This document shows positions 1 to 9,822 of a stretch of 64,000 nucleotides of DNA, in pieces. The stretch is from an uncultured Mycoplasmatota bacterium. GTDB taxonomy: Bacteria > Bacillota_I > Bacilli_A > RF39 > UBA660. The notes beneath the pieces are model-generated. The model was not told where the DNA came from, did no database searches, and worked only from the letters and a program-made list of their open reading frames with translations. The position numbers were made by a program, and so were the translations under genes. The stretch lies in assembly GCA_900545005.1 (NCBI GenBank), contig UQXO01000002.1:65901-129900 (forward strand), given 5' to 3'. Numbering within the stretch: the stretch's first letter is position 1; every line of letters begins with the position of its first letter.

Positions 1-537
1 CATAATCTGTCTTGAAGTTGCCGAGTCTAAATTGCCGGTTGGTTCATCAGCGAGAATAATATCGGGATTCTTAACTAGAGCTCTAGCTATAGCTACTCTT
101 TGTCTTTGACCACCGGAAAGCTCATTAATCTTTCTAAGTTTTAACTCTTCTAGGCCAACAGCTTTTAAGACTTCATCAACTTTATTTAAATTACTTTGAT
201 TACTAAGTTCTAAAGCTAGTTTAACATTATCATAAACATTATATTCTAAAAATAAATTATAGTCTTGAAAGATAAAACCAACACAAGTATTACGATATTT
301 TACGAGGTCCCTCTTGGATAAACTAGATACTTCGATATTATCTACTTTAATATGACCACTATCAATCTTATCAAGTCCTCCTAAAACATTAAGTAAAGTT
401 GATTTCCCAGAACCACTCTCCCCCGTAATAAAATATAACCCCGTACTAGGTATTTTAAAACTAACATTATCTAGTCCTAAAGTATCTTTAGTCTTCTTGG
501 CTTTATAAGTCTTTGTAACATTTACTAATTCTATCAT
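1..537 (-). CDS. ABC transporter ATP-binding protein, N-terminal 179 codons (3' end lies beyond the window edge)
   Basis: Own translation from the ATG at 535-537: [12 protein letters not shown]... with Walker [13 protein letters not shown] signature [14 protein letters not shown] and Walker B IILADEPT. Absent from the ORF track because it is truncated. Confidence 0.9.
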   Translation of the reverse strand, partial: MIELVNVTKTYKAKKTKDTLGLDNVSFKIPSTGLYFITGESGSGKSTLLNVLGGLDKIDSGHIKVDNIEVSSLSKRDLVKYRNTCVGFIFQDYNLFLEYNVYDNVKLALELSNQSNLNKVDEVLKAVGLEELKLRKINELSGGQRQRVAIARALVKNPDIILADEPTGNLDSATSRQIM

Positions 538-649
538 ATATAATCCTTTACTATAAGAATAGTATACAAAAAAAATTAGTATTTGAAAACCATTCTTTTC
601 ATATAACGCTAAAAAGTTTTTTTGACCGATTGGAAAAAGTCTCAATTTT

Positions 650-683
650 AAAAAGTTTTTCCAATTGACTGGAAAAACTTTTT
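650..683. repeat. Perfect 14-bp inverted repeat AAAAAGTTTTTCCA-6nt-TGGAAAAACTTTTT, preceded by a degenerate copy at about 611-640; possible bidirectional terminator
   Basis: Read directly; the arms are exact reverse complements. It sits 5 nt downstream of the stop of ORF 688-873. Confidence 0.5.
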
Positions 684-687
684 AAAA

Positions 688-873
688 CTAAATTTCTGTT
701 TGATTTACATTTTCAATAATATTAATAAGTTCACGAGCTCTTTCATTAATCATTTTATTTAATAGACTTAATCTTTCATTGGAGACATTATATCTATCGT
801 GTTTTTTAAGCTTAAAATCTACTACTTTTCTTAAAAGAGCAGCTTGCTTTTTACTACAATAATGATTTGTCAT
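688..873 (-). CDS. Hypothetical small protein (61 aa)
   Basis: ORF track only. The strong AGGAGG upstream serves a different 12-codon frame, not this ATG, so the coding status is doubtful. Confidence 0.25.
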   Translation of the reverse strand: MTNHYCSKKQAALLRKVVDFKLKKHDRYNVSNERLSLLNKMINERARELINIIENVNQTEI

Positions 874-1155
874 AAATTTTTAATGTATACATATAGGTCC
901 TCCTGTCTTTAATTAAATATTCATTATCATCATAGTATCATTTAAGCCTAGAGAAGTAAATCTATGTTTAACCTTTCTTAATAATAGTAACTTTCATTTA
1001 CAATTTTTCTCTTTGATAAAAAAACAATTATTATACAGTTAACATTCTTATTATAGTCATTTTGTTAAAGTTAATATTCAATCGAAAATAAATCATATAA
1101 AAAAAGCTTAAATCAACTGATATTAAATAAAACTTTTTTATGTTTCTATATACTA

Positions 1156-1848
1156 TTATTTTTCTTCTTTATCTGGTCCTACATAAGTCAAAGTATCTCT
1201 ATGCTTTTTCTTATTGTTTTCAGGATTTATGGGGTGTTCTTTAAAATATTCATCGCTTCTTTTCTTAACATCATCAAACACTTTTAATAGTTCAAAATAA
1301 TAATTATGAGCTTTGTAATTGCCTTCCTCGGTGTAATCATTTCCTTTTTTTAGATTGTACCGTTCATATTTATCTATAATATAATCTTGAGCAAATTCAT
1401 AATAGCAATACGCATATCCAGGAAATCCATCGTAGCAGTGAAATTCATTTGGGTCTGATTGCATTTCATAATTTCCGATATATATAAAATTACTTAAGAC
1501 ATCTTTTCTTTGAAAATGGATAACATAAGTATAATCATAAAGAAAGCCATATTCATCTGGTACTTGTTTTACAACCTGTGGATTACAATAATTATATGAA
1601 GTAGAAACACCAACTATATATTTCAATTTATTTAAATTCTCAAGGCTCTTTGGAATATTGTTATCTTTAGTTATTTTAACTCTAAAAGCTTTTTCTTGTC
1701 TTGAAATCTTTTTCTCATCAAAAGGCATCATATTAAATATTAGATATTTTCCATTATATTCTGGATATTTGTCACTTTTTATTTTGTAAGCAAACGTATC
1801 ACCAACTACCCAATTTTTCATTCTTAATTTATCAATATCTTTTACCAT
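1156..1848 (-). CDS. Hypothetical cytoplasmic protein, possible orphan immunity protein at the distal end of the RHS cassette array
   Basis: 230-aa ORF with no signal peptide. The assignment rests on its position downstream of the toxin-tip/immunity cassettes; no motif was recognised. Confidence 0.4.
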   Translation of the reverse strand: MVKDIDKLRMKNWVVGDTFAYKIKSDKYPEYNGKYLIFNMMPFDEKKISRQEKAFRVKITKDNNIPKSLENLNKLKYIVGVSTSYNYCNPQVVKQVPDEYGFLYDYTYVIHFQRKDVLSNFIYIGNYEMQSDPNEFHCYDGFPGYAYCYYEFAQDYIIDKYERYNLKKGNDYTEEGNYKAHNYYFELLKVFDDVKKRSDEYFKEHPINPENNKKKHRDTLTYVGPDKEEK

Positions 1849-1917
1849 TCTATATCACCGACTTTAATTTCTTCACCATAGATATTTTTAGCATTAACAA
1901 ATTCGTTTTTATACTTC

Positions 1918-2364
1918 TTATTTAAAATAGCAAAAAATATAGTACAGCTTGTAACTGCTAGCATCATAGACTAATACTAGATTATTCCTTTTAGTACTTT
2001 TAATTTTGTAATATAAATTTTCATTTATTTCTTTGGGAAAATTTTCTTCAAACAAATGATAATACTCCGAATTATAATTTCTTTTACAAACTAAAATTTG
2101 ATTCTCTAAATGTTTTAAATCATCATGTTCTAATTGCTTTATTATATCATCACTATCCGATTGTTCATAATCAAAAATGTAAAATGCATCAGCCTCCTGA
2201 AACGCGTTTGGTGTTTCAAAAACACGAATTTCTCTTCTTGGCTTTTTTATTTCTATTTGTTTACTAAAAGACAAATTAACCTTATTATTGTATTGTCCAT
2301 AATAACAATTTTTCAAAATTAAAGCAAATACTATTACAAATAGACAAAAAATCATTTTTTTCAT
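1918..2364 (-). CDS. Putative immunity protein (148 aa, N-terminal signal/TM), paralogue of 3116-3553
   Basis: Start overlaps the stop of the upstream RHS fragment (TAATG). Clearly homologous to the 145-aa ORF (..DDIIKQL(E/D)HDDLKHLENQ(I/V)L(V/I)CKRNYNSE(Y/F)Y.LFEENFPKEIN..). Confidence 0.6.
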   Translation of the reverse strand: MKKMIFCLFVIVFALILKNCYYGQYNNKVNLSFSKQIEIKKPRREIRVFETPNAFQEADAFYIFDYEQSDSDDIIKQLEHDDLKHLENQILVCKRNYNSEYYHLFEENFPKEINENLYYKIKSTKRNNLVLVYDASSYKLYYIFCYFK

Positions 2365-2978
2365 TAATTATCAACACTTTCTGAATAAAAAATCATAAAA
2401 TCAACATCCCAAGCATAAGGTTGTAAAAGATTATTTTCTTGTAATCTAAGTCCAAAATTATTAGCCAAGGCTCCAAATCTGACAGAATTCTTTCGCCATT
2501 CAGTAAAATCATACACTCTATTTGTATCATAATAATATGACCTATATCTAAATGGGTTTATTAGAGCAACATTTGAAGTATCAGTTATATCTTTACCAGT
2601 AATATCTTTTATAGATAAGATATTACCATAAGCATCATAACTATAGGTACATACTTCTTTATAGTTACTATCATAGATACCAATAATATCATCAAAAGCA
2701 TTTTTCTTATAATAATATGTTTTATTATTATAAGTAAAACCTAAGAGATTATTACTGTCATCTCGTAAAAAGTATAACATATAATTTTTGTGTTTTTCAA
2801 TAACTATACTAGTATTTTCTAAGACATAAGATATTTCTTCATTATTTAATATTTTCTTAGTACGAATACCATTTCTATCATATTTATAAGATACATTTAA
2901 GTTAGTATTACTAATACTTTGTAATTCTCTACCATTACTCCAATTATAAGTAGTATTACCTATCTTTAAGGGATTACT
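2364..2978 (-). pseudogene. Orphan RHS/YD-repeat C-terminal fragment, 5'-truncated with an internally deleted toxin tip
   Basis: The frame is open from about 2975 with no start codon until the M at 2780. It reads NPLKIGNTTYNWSNGRELQSISNTNLNVSYKYDRNGIRTKK..MLYFLRDD..NPFRYRSYYYDT, then jumps straight to the last roughly 50 aa of the tip seen in 3553-4509 (VYDFTEWRKN..PYAWD.DFMIFYSESVDN). Confidence 0.7.
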
Positions 2979-3115
2979 TTTATAAATAAGAAATATACAT
3001 AAGTACCAGTATTAAATACTAAGTTTGATTAAAAAATAACCATCAGAACTAAATATCTATTTCTAATGATTACTTCTTATTTTTACATTTAATTTTTCAT
3101 TTTTTTTAATATCTA

Positions 3116-3553
3116 CTATTTAAAATAGCATCGAATATAATATAGCTTATTACTGTTTATATCGTAAACTAATATTAAATTGCCTTTTCTAGTATTCTTG
3201 ATTTTATAATATAAATTATTATTAATTTCTTTTGGAAAATTTTCTTCAAACAAGTTATAAAACTCCGAGTTATAATTTCTTTTGCAAATCAAAACCTGAT
3301 TTTCCAAATGTTTCAAATCATCATGGTCCAATTGTTTTATAATATCGTCACTATCTGACTTATTATAATTAAAAATGTAAAATTCGTCAGCATACCTGAA
3401 AGCATTTGGGGTCTTAAAAATCAACTTCTCTGCTTTTGGGCTTTTTATTCTAATTTCATTATCAAAATTTAAATTTACGAAATTATTATTTTGGAGTATT
3501 ATAAAAGCTATTATTAATACTAAAATAAATTCGAAAAACAATATTTTTTTCAT
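3116..3553 (-). CDS. Putative immunity protein for toxin tip A (145 aa, N-terminal signal/TM)
   Basis: Start overlaps the stop of 3553-4509. Paralogue of 1918-2364. Confidence 0.6.
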   Translation of the reverse strand: MKKILFFEFILVLIIAFIILQNNNFVNLNFDNEIRIKSPKAEKLIFKTPNAFRYADEFYIFNYNKSDSDDIIKQLDHDDLKHLENQVLICKRNYNSEFYNLFEENFPKEINNNLYYKIKNTRKGNLILVYDINSNKLYYIRCYFK

Positions 3554-4900
3554 TAATTATCAACACTTTCTGAATAAAATATCATAAAATCAGCATCCCA
3601 AGCGTAAGGTTCTATAAGTTTTGTAAACTGTAAAATATATCCAAAATCATTAGCAATGTCTCCAAGTCTAGCAATATTCTTTCGCCATTCAGTAAAATCA
3701 TACACATCGCTAATCCTTACTTGGACAATCCAATAATTATTTTGTTTTAATCCAGACACAGTATATCTAGCATGCTGAACAGAATAATATAAATCAGAAT
3801 CACTTATAAACTCTGTTTCTCCTCTTTCTTTGAAAGTATTTCCTGATGTTATTGATACATTTTTTTTAATAATTTCTTTCACTTCAATTGATTGTGCAAG
3901 TTTTTCTATTAATTGACGTTTAGTATCCTTATATTTATACGCATCAATGTTACTCTTTTCAAGTGCAGCTGAAAACATATTACCGGATATAGGCTTTTCC
4001 CACGCATACCCAACTAAGTGAGAAACATTAAAGATAGTTTCTCTTACTTTTGAAGTAACCATATCATAAATATAACCTAATATTCCTTTAGAACCAAATG
4101 CATCTCTATAACAGATAAAATTATTATTACAATAAGTGTATAAATTATATCCTATTACGGTTTTAGATGAGCCAATAAGACCATCACAATTAATAAACCT
4201 TCCCATCTTAGGACTATAATATCTACTATTTAAATAATAAAGATTAGTTTCTGTATCATAGTAGTATGATCTATATCTAAATGGGTTTATTATAGCAACA
4301 TTTGAAGTATCGGTTATATTTTTACCATTATTATCTTTTATAGATAAGATATTACCATAAGCATCATAACTATAGGTACATACCTCTTTATAGTTACTAT
4401 CATAGATACCAATAATATCATCAAAAGCATTTTTCTTATAATAATAAGTTTTATTTTTATAAGTAAAACCTAAGAGATTATTACTGTCATCTCGTAAAAA
4501 GTATAACATATAATCTTTGTGTTTTTCAATAACTATGCTAGTATTTTCTAAGACCTAAGAGATTTCTTCATTATTTAATATTTTCTTAGTACGAATACCA
4601 TTTCTATCATATTTATAAGATACATTTAAGTTGGTATTACTGAATACTTTGTAATTCTCTACCATTGCTCCAATTATAAGTAGTATTACCTATTTTTAAT
4701 GGATTACCTATACCATCATAAGTAATAGTAGCATTATTAAACTTAGTTAATTGGTCTTTATAATTAGCATTATCATAAGTATAAGTATCAGTATTTATTA
4801 AAGTAGTAGTATTAAGTTTATAGGTACTCTTAGATAAAATATTACCATAATTATCATAGGTATATTTATAAGTAATATCACACTCTAATATTATCCTCAT
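3553..4900 (-). pseudogene. Orphan RHS/YD-repeat core end plus C-terminal toxin tip A, disrupted
   Basis: YD repeats are present (YTYDNYGNILS, YSYDAYGNILS), as is the RHS core end YYLNSRYYSPKMGRFINCD followed by a unique roughly 210-aa tip. Relative to copy 2364-2978 there is a 1-nt insertion at 4642 (frameshift) and an in-frame TAG at 4555-4557. No N-terminal RHS body is present. Confidence 0.75.
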
Positions 4901-4923
4901 ATACTATCTATAAGGAGAGAATT

Positions 4924-5073
4924 ATGAAAAAAATATTTAGTATTATCATATGTTTAGTATTAATTTTAATGATTAGCTTACTTAGTGTTCACAATAAGAA
5001 AGATGAAGATAAGTCTTTAACGAAGGTGAAAGTTGCCGATACTACCATCACATCAAGGACATATATGAGTTAA
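4924..5073 (+). pseudogene. Truncated duplicate of the 5' end (promoter, RBS, signal peptide) of the ABC substrate-binding gene at 8823
   Basis: 4901-5036 is near-identical to 8800-8935. It reads MKKIFSIIICLVLILMISLLSVHNKKDEDKSL.KVKVA, then diverges and stops at 5071-5073. Confidence 0.85.
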
Positions 5074-5225
5074 TTCAAATTATCTATTCAAAAACTAAGG
5101 TTAATGAAGTATATAATTTAGGTAATACTACCAGTTTCAATATAGACCTTGAAATAGATGATACTTCATCATTTGGTAAACAAATAAACTATTTTAGAAA
5201 GCTTAAAAATATTAGAGCAAAAGCT

Positions 5226-5561
5226 ATGGCTAAAGCTCTAAACATTGGTTATAACACCATCTTAAGAATTGAAAATGATAATTTTAATCGGAAACTCAAC
5301 CATCAAAGTATTATAATATTAAATAAAATTATTGATTATATGGATATTAGAGATAAATTAAATTTTAGTAATAATGATTATCTTGATTTTATTTTAAACA
5401 AACAATCTAACACAATAGCGGAACTAAAAGAAAAAATAGGCAGAATAAAACTGGCTAAAGAATTAAAAGTAAGCCCTGACTCAGTTACCAGATGGATTAA
5501 CAATGAAGTCGTTATTTCAAAAGAAAATTATGCTAAATTAAAAGAGATACTTAAAAATTAA
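5226..5561 (+). CDS. XRE-family helix-turn-helix protein, apparently lacking a canonical start
   Basis: The HTH pattern FGKQINYFRKLKNIRAKAMAKALNIGYNTILRIENDN begins about 17 codons upstream of the first ATG. The frame is open back to 5013 with no ATG, GTG or TTG. Confidence 0.5.
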   Translation: MAKALNIGYNTILRIENDNFNRKLNHQSIIILNKIIDYMDIRDKLNFSNNDYLDFILNKQSNTIAELKEKIGRIKLAKELKVSPDSVTRWINNEVVISKENYAKLKEILKN

Positions 5562-5749
5562 ATAGTATCATCTTGAGATTTATGTTCTAAAATTTCAAAT
5601 ACAGCATCCAATATTTCATCTTTTGCCTTATCATCAATATTTAAGTTTTCAATACTTCTTAACAAAAGTTTAGCTTTAAAGATAGCTAAATTATCTAAAA
5701 AAAGTTTGGCACCTTCTTCGGTTGTAGGATAGTTAACAAATACTTGCAA
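5558..5749 (-). CDS. Hypothetical small protein (63 aa)
   Basis: ORF track only; convergent with and overlapping the HTH gene by 4 nt. Confidence 0.35.
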   Translation of the reverse strand: MQVFVNYPTTEEGAKLFLDNLAIFKAKLLLRSIENLNIDDKAKDEILDAVFEILEHKSQDDTI

Positions 5750-6655
5750 TTATATCCCCTCGTCCCTATATTTAATCTTATGCCAAACGATAATTTTAAT
5801 TATAAAATACTCTATTTATCTTCCTCCTTTTCAATATTTTATAAATATTTTTTTCTACTTTTTTACTTACTTTTTATACAAAATCGTGTACACTTTTATG
5901 TAACTCCTAAAAGCAGGATAACTACGGCTGACAAACAACTAGCCAGTGGCAAGTTAGCCCATAAATATAGACATTTACTTAACTTTAGATTGTCTGACGC
6001 CCTACCTGCTTGGATGACTTTTTGCTGACAAAAATTAAGCTAAATTTTACATAATTTTACGCTTTGTATGACAGTTGTTATAACAAAATCGGCTATTTTT
6101 TGCCCTAAAAATGCCTTATTTGTACATTGATTTGTGCCTAGATTCAAGTTTTTTATAAATTTTTGTGTACCTAATTAATCTGTACTTTTTTTAATTCTTT
6201 TAAGTTTTTTATTTTAAAAAGCCAACCTTTCTCACCAACTTTTTTCGTTAAAAAAAGAAATTCTAAACAACATTTCTATTGAATAAAATTTCTTTCTTTC
6301 GTTTATTAAAATGATTATATTTTTTTAAAAACTTAACCATCTTATCACATTATACTACGACTTTGTTTTTTTACAATAAACTAGATTGTACATTTTTTCG
6401 TAGTCATACAGTACATTAAACTGTAAACTTAATCGTAATTTAGCTTATTAGATATGATTTTTAGAGTAATTAATTTTAAATTCAAAAAGATTTTAAAATT
6501 GAAATATTTATGACTTTCTATTTTATAATTAACAACTTCTTAACGCTTATGCAAATATCCTATGATGATTTTTATATTATATAAGAAATATATCAAGTCA
6601 CTATTTATCACGCATAAAATTGAGTAGAGCCTTTATTTATAGATAACCAACACTT

Positions 6656-7348
6656 CTATCTTTTGTTAAATTCTATTTTTTTACCTAAAATTTTCAATTT
6701 ATAATCATCAAAATTATCAATTATTTTCCCATAATTATTATAAATTTTATAATTAGGATTATATACTAACTGTAATAATTTAAAATTTTCATTAGAATTA
6801 TCCTCTAAATCTTTAATTGATTTATCTTCATCAATTGAAATATTGATAAAATACTTATCATAAAAAGGGTATACATAAATATCATAACCATCTTTAGTAT
6901 AGTAATATATATCACTATATAAGTTTCTATCACTCTTCCATTGATTATTATCCAATGTAAAATATGAAACAAAAAATTTATTAACGAATACATATTCCTT
7001 TTCGGTAGAATAATATATAGTTTCTCCTTTACATTGGTCTGTATACTTGCACATTTCTAAAGCATTATCAAATTTACGAAACCCTGAAAATATTGGTTCA
7101 AGTAGAAGAGCAAATATTATTATCACTGGATAAGAAATTTTTAAAATTATTTTTCGTTTTTTTGACAAAAACTTGTCAGAGAAATATTTATGTATAAATA
7201 TAACAGTTAAAATGCTAACAAAAAGATCGATTGTTTGAGTATCATTAATTGTTGATGAAAATAGTAACCCAAACCTCAATGTTTCAAAACGGCTAAGCCA
7301 ATATAAAATACAATAAATAATTCCAAATATTGAATAATTTTTTTTCAT
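6656..7348 (-). CDS. Putative multi-pass membrane immunity protein for toxin tip B (230 aa)
   Basis: Lies immediately downstream of tip B. The N-terminal half contains about four hydrophobic helices (IFGIIYCILYWL, LFVSILTVIFI, ISYPVIIIFALLLEPIF). Confidence 0.55.
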   Translation of the reverse strand: MKKNYSIFGIIYCILYWLSRFETLRFGLLFSSTINDTQTIDLFVSILTVIFIHKYFSDKFLSKKRKIILKISYPVIIIFALLLEPIFSGFRKFDNALEMCKYTDQCKGETIYYSTEKEYVFVNKFFVSYFTLDNNQWKSDRNLYSDIYYYTKDGYDIYVYPFYDKYFINISIDEDKSIKDLEDNSNENFKLLQLVYNPNYKIYNNYGKIIDNFDDYKLKILGKKIEFNKR

Positions 7349-7364
7349 GTTGCCTTCCTAAATA

Positions 7365-8799
7365 TTAATAACAATTAGCAGCTGGTAATGGAACAATAGG
7401 TATTCTTTTGGTTATTCTATGACCAAAGTCCTTGATTATGTTAACGGCACTCTTTACGCCAGAAGCTACACCATTCCAGGCATATTGAAACCCGTTTACC
7501 AAGTGCTTGTTAAAAGAAAATTCATTTTGATATTCCATAGTATACACACTGTTATTTGTCATAGTAATTGAATGCGATACTCCGGTACCAATAGTGGTTC
7601 TTAAATCAAATGTAAAACCAAACGATACAGAATAATCAGTTGATTCATACTTACCATCATTTTTTGTAAATGACAAGCCAAGCTTAATTCCACTTTTTCG
7701 GTCACTAGATATAGAAACTCCAGCAGGTCCAATCTTTACCCCTCTAGTAGTTCCAGTATCTGTCTTTTCTTTTGAAAACTGAATAAAACTCTCAGAAGAT
7801 ACATCGCCTGTAGATAATTTAGCATCAACACTGCTTTGGTATCCGCCAACAAATGGAATAACATGGTTAACACCTGAATATGGGATGTCTACACTATGAC
7901 TAACATAATTGGTACTACCAAACAATCCTACTGTTTTTTCAAATACGCCAGATATTCTACTTAATAATGAGCCAATAAGTTTTCCAAATTTACCATTGCT
8001 ATCAACTTGATTTACAGGATTATTGCTGCAATATGCATATAAATTATAGTCTTTCATTTTTGCAGTTGTAGAAACTATGGTGTCACAATTAATAAACCTT
8101 CCCATCTTTGGACTATAATATCTACTATTTAAATAATAAAGATTAGTTTCTGTATCATAATAGTATGATCTATATCGAAATGGGTTTATTATAGCAACAT
8201 TTGAAGTATCAGTTATATCTTTACCAGTATTATCTTTTATAGATAAGATATTACCATAAGCATCATAACTATAGGTACATACTTCTTTATAATTGCTATC
8301 ATAGATACCAATAATATCATCAAAAGCATTTTTCTTATAATAATAAGTTTTATTTTTATAAGTAAAACCTAAGAGATTATTACTGTCATCTCGTAAAAAG
8401 TATAACATATAATCTTTGTGTTTTTCAATAACTATGCTAGTATTTTCTAAGACCTAAGAGATTTCTTCATTATTTAATATTTTCTTAGTACGAATACCAT
8501 TTCTATCATATTTATAAGATACATTTAAGTTGGTATTACTGAATACTTTGTAATTCTCTACCATTGCTCCAATTATAAGTAGTATTACCTATTTTTAATG
8601 GATTACCTATACCATCATAAGTAATAGTAGCATTATTAAACTTAGTTAATTGGTCTTTATAATTAGCATTATCATAAGTATAAGTATCAGTATTTATTAA
8701 AGTAGTAGTATTAAGTTTATAGGTACTCTTAGATAAAATATTACCATAATTATCATAGGTATATTTATAAGTAATATCACACTCTAATATTATCCTCAT
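7365..8799 (-). pseudogene. Orphan RHS/YD-repeat core end plus C-terminal toxin tip B, disrupted
   Basis: The core is the same as in 3553-4900, up to MGRFINCD. It is followed by NLYAYCSNNPVNQVDSNG and a unique roughly 200-aa Gly/Ser/Thr-rich tip. It carries the same 1-nt insertion (8541) and the same in-frame TAG (8454-8456) as the other copy. Confidence 0.75.
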
Positions 8800-8822
8800 A
8801 TACTATCTATAAGGAGAGAATT

Positions 8823-9803
8823 ATGAAAAAAATATTTAGTATTATCATATGTTTAGTATTAATTTTAATGATTAGCTTACTTAGTGTTCACAATAAGAAA
8901 GATGAAGATAAATCTTTAATGAAGGTGAAAGTTGCTGAAGTTACCCACTCAGTTTTCTATGCTCCTTGGTATGTAGCTATAGAAAATAATTATTTTAAAG
9001 ATGAAGGTTTAGACATTGAACTAATCTTAACACCAGGGGCTGATAAGGTAGCAGCAGCCGTCTTATCTAATGATGTTAATATTGGTTTTGCTGGTTTAGA
9101 AAGTACAGTCTATGTCTATAATGGTGGTGAGGATGACTACTTAGTTAACTTTGCTGGTCTTACGAAAAGAGATGGTCAATTTATTTTAAGTCGTTCTAAA
9201 GATGATAACTTTAATTTAGAAAAGTTATATGGTAAAGAGATTTTGGTAGGACGTCAAGGAGGAATGCCAGCCTTAAATTTCTTAAATGCTCTTAAGAAAA
9301 TGAATGTTGATAGTAAGAAAATAAATCTTAACTATTCGGTTGAATTTGCGGCTTTATCAGGATCATTTATTGGCGGGATGGGCGATTATGTTAATCTTTT
9401 TGAACCCACAGCAACTAAACTAGAAAAAGAATCCTTAGGATATGTAGTTGCTAGTATTGGTGCATATTCAGGAGAAATGCCATATACTACTTACTATGCG
9501 AGAAAAAGCTATATTGAAAGTAATAAAGATATAATTGATAGATTTAGGAAAGCCTTAAATAAAGGGTTAGAATTTGTTAATAATAATGAACCAGAAGTAG
9601 TAGCAGAGATTATTCATAATCAATTTAAAGATGAAAGTCTTAATAATTTAACTACAATGATTAAAAGATATAAAGATTATGATTGTTGGTATAATGATAC
9701 TCATATTAAAGAGATAGCTTATCAGAATTTAGAACAGGTTATGTTAGATAATAATCTAATAGAAAAGAAAACAGATTTTAATATTCTTGTTAATAATAAT
9801 TAA
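8823..9803 (+). CDS. ABC transporter substrate-binding protein (NMT1/THI5-like, NitT/TauT family)
   Basis: Signal peptide plus SBP-like sequence (VKVAEVTHSVFYAPWYVA..). Heads an operon with an ATPase and a permease. Confidence 0.75.
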   Translation: MKKIFSIIICLVLILMISLLSVHNKKDEDKSLMKVKVAEVTHSVFYAPWYVAIENNYFKDEGLDIELILTPGADKVAAAVLSNDVNIGFAGLESTVYVYNGGEDDYLVNFAGLTKRDGQFILSRSKDDNFNLEKLYGKEILVGRQGGMPALNFLNALKKMNVDSKKINLNYSVEFAALSGSFIGGMGDYVNLFEPTATKLEKESLGYVVASIGAYSGEMPYTTYYARKSYIESNKDIIDRFRKALNKGLEFVNNNEPEVVAEIIHNQFKDESLNNLTTMIKRYKDYDCWYNDTHIKEIAYQNLEQVMLDNNLIEKKTDFNILVNNN

Positions 9804-9822
9804 TAAATTCTAAGGAAATATA

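Noticed and set aside
5744-6028. 94-aa ORF spanning the GC-rich island
   Set aside because: There is no RBS. The first half is a Phe/Leu/Tyr-rich translation of AT-rich spacer. The region is reported instead as a possible non-coding element.
8800-8822. TPP riboswitch upstream of the NMT1/THI5-like substrate-binding gene (ThiY-type transporters usually have one)
   Set aside because: Only about 23 nt separate the gene from the RHS fragment, and no CTGAGA/ACCTGA-type conserved riboswitch segments are present.
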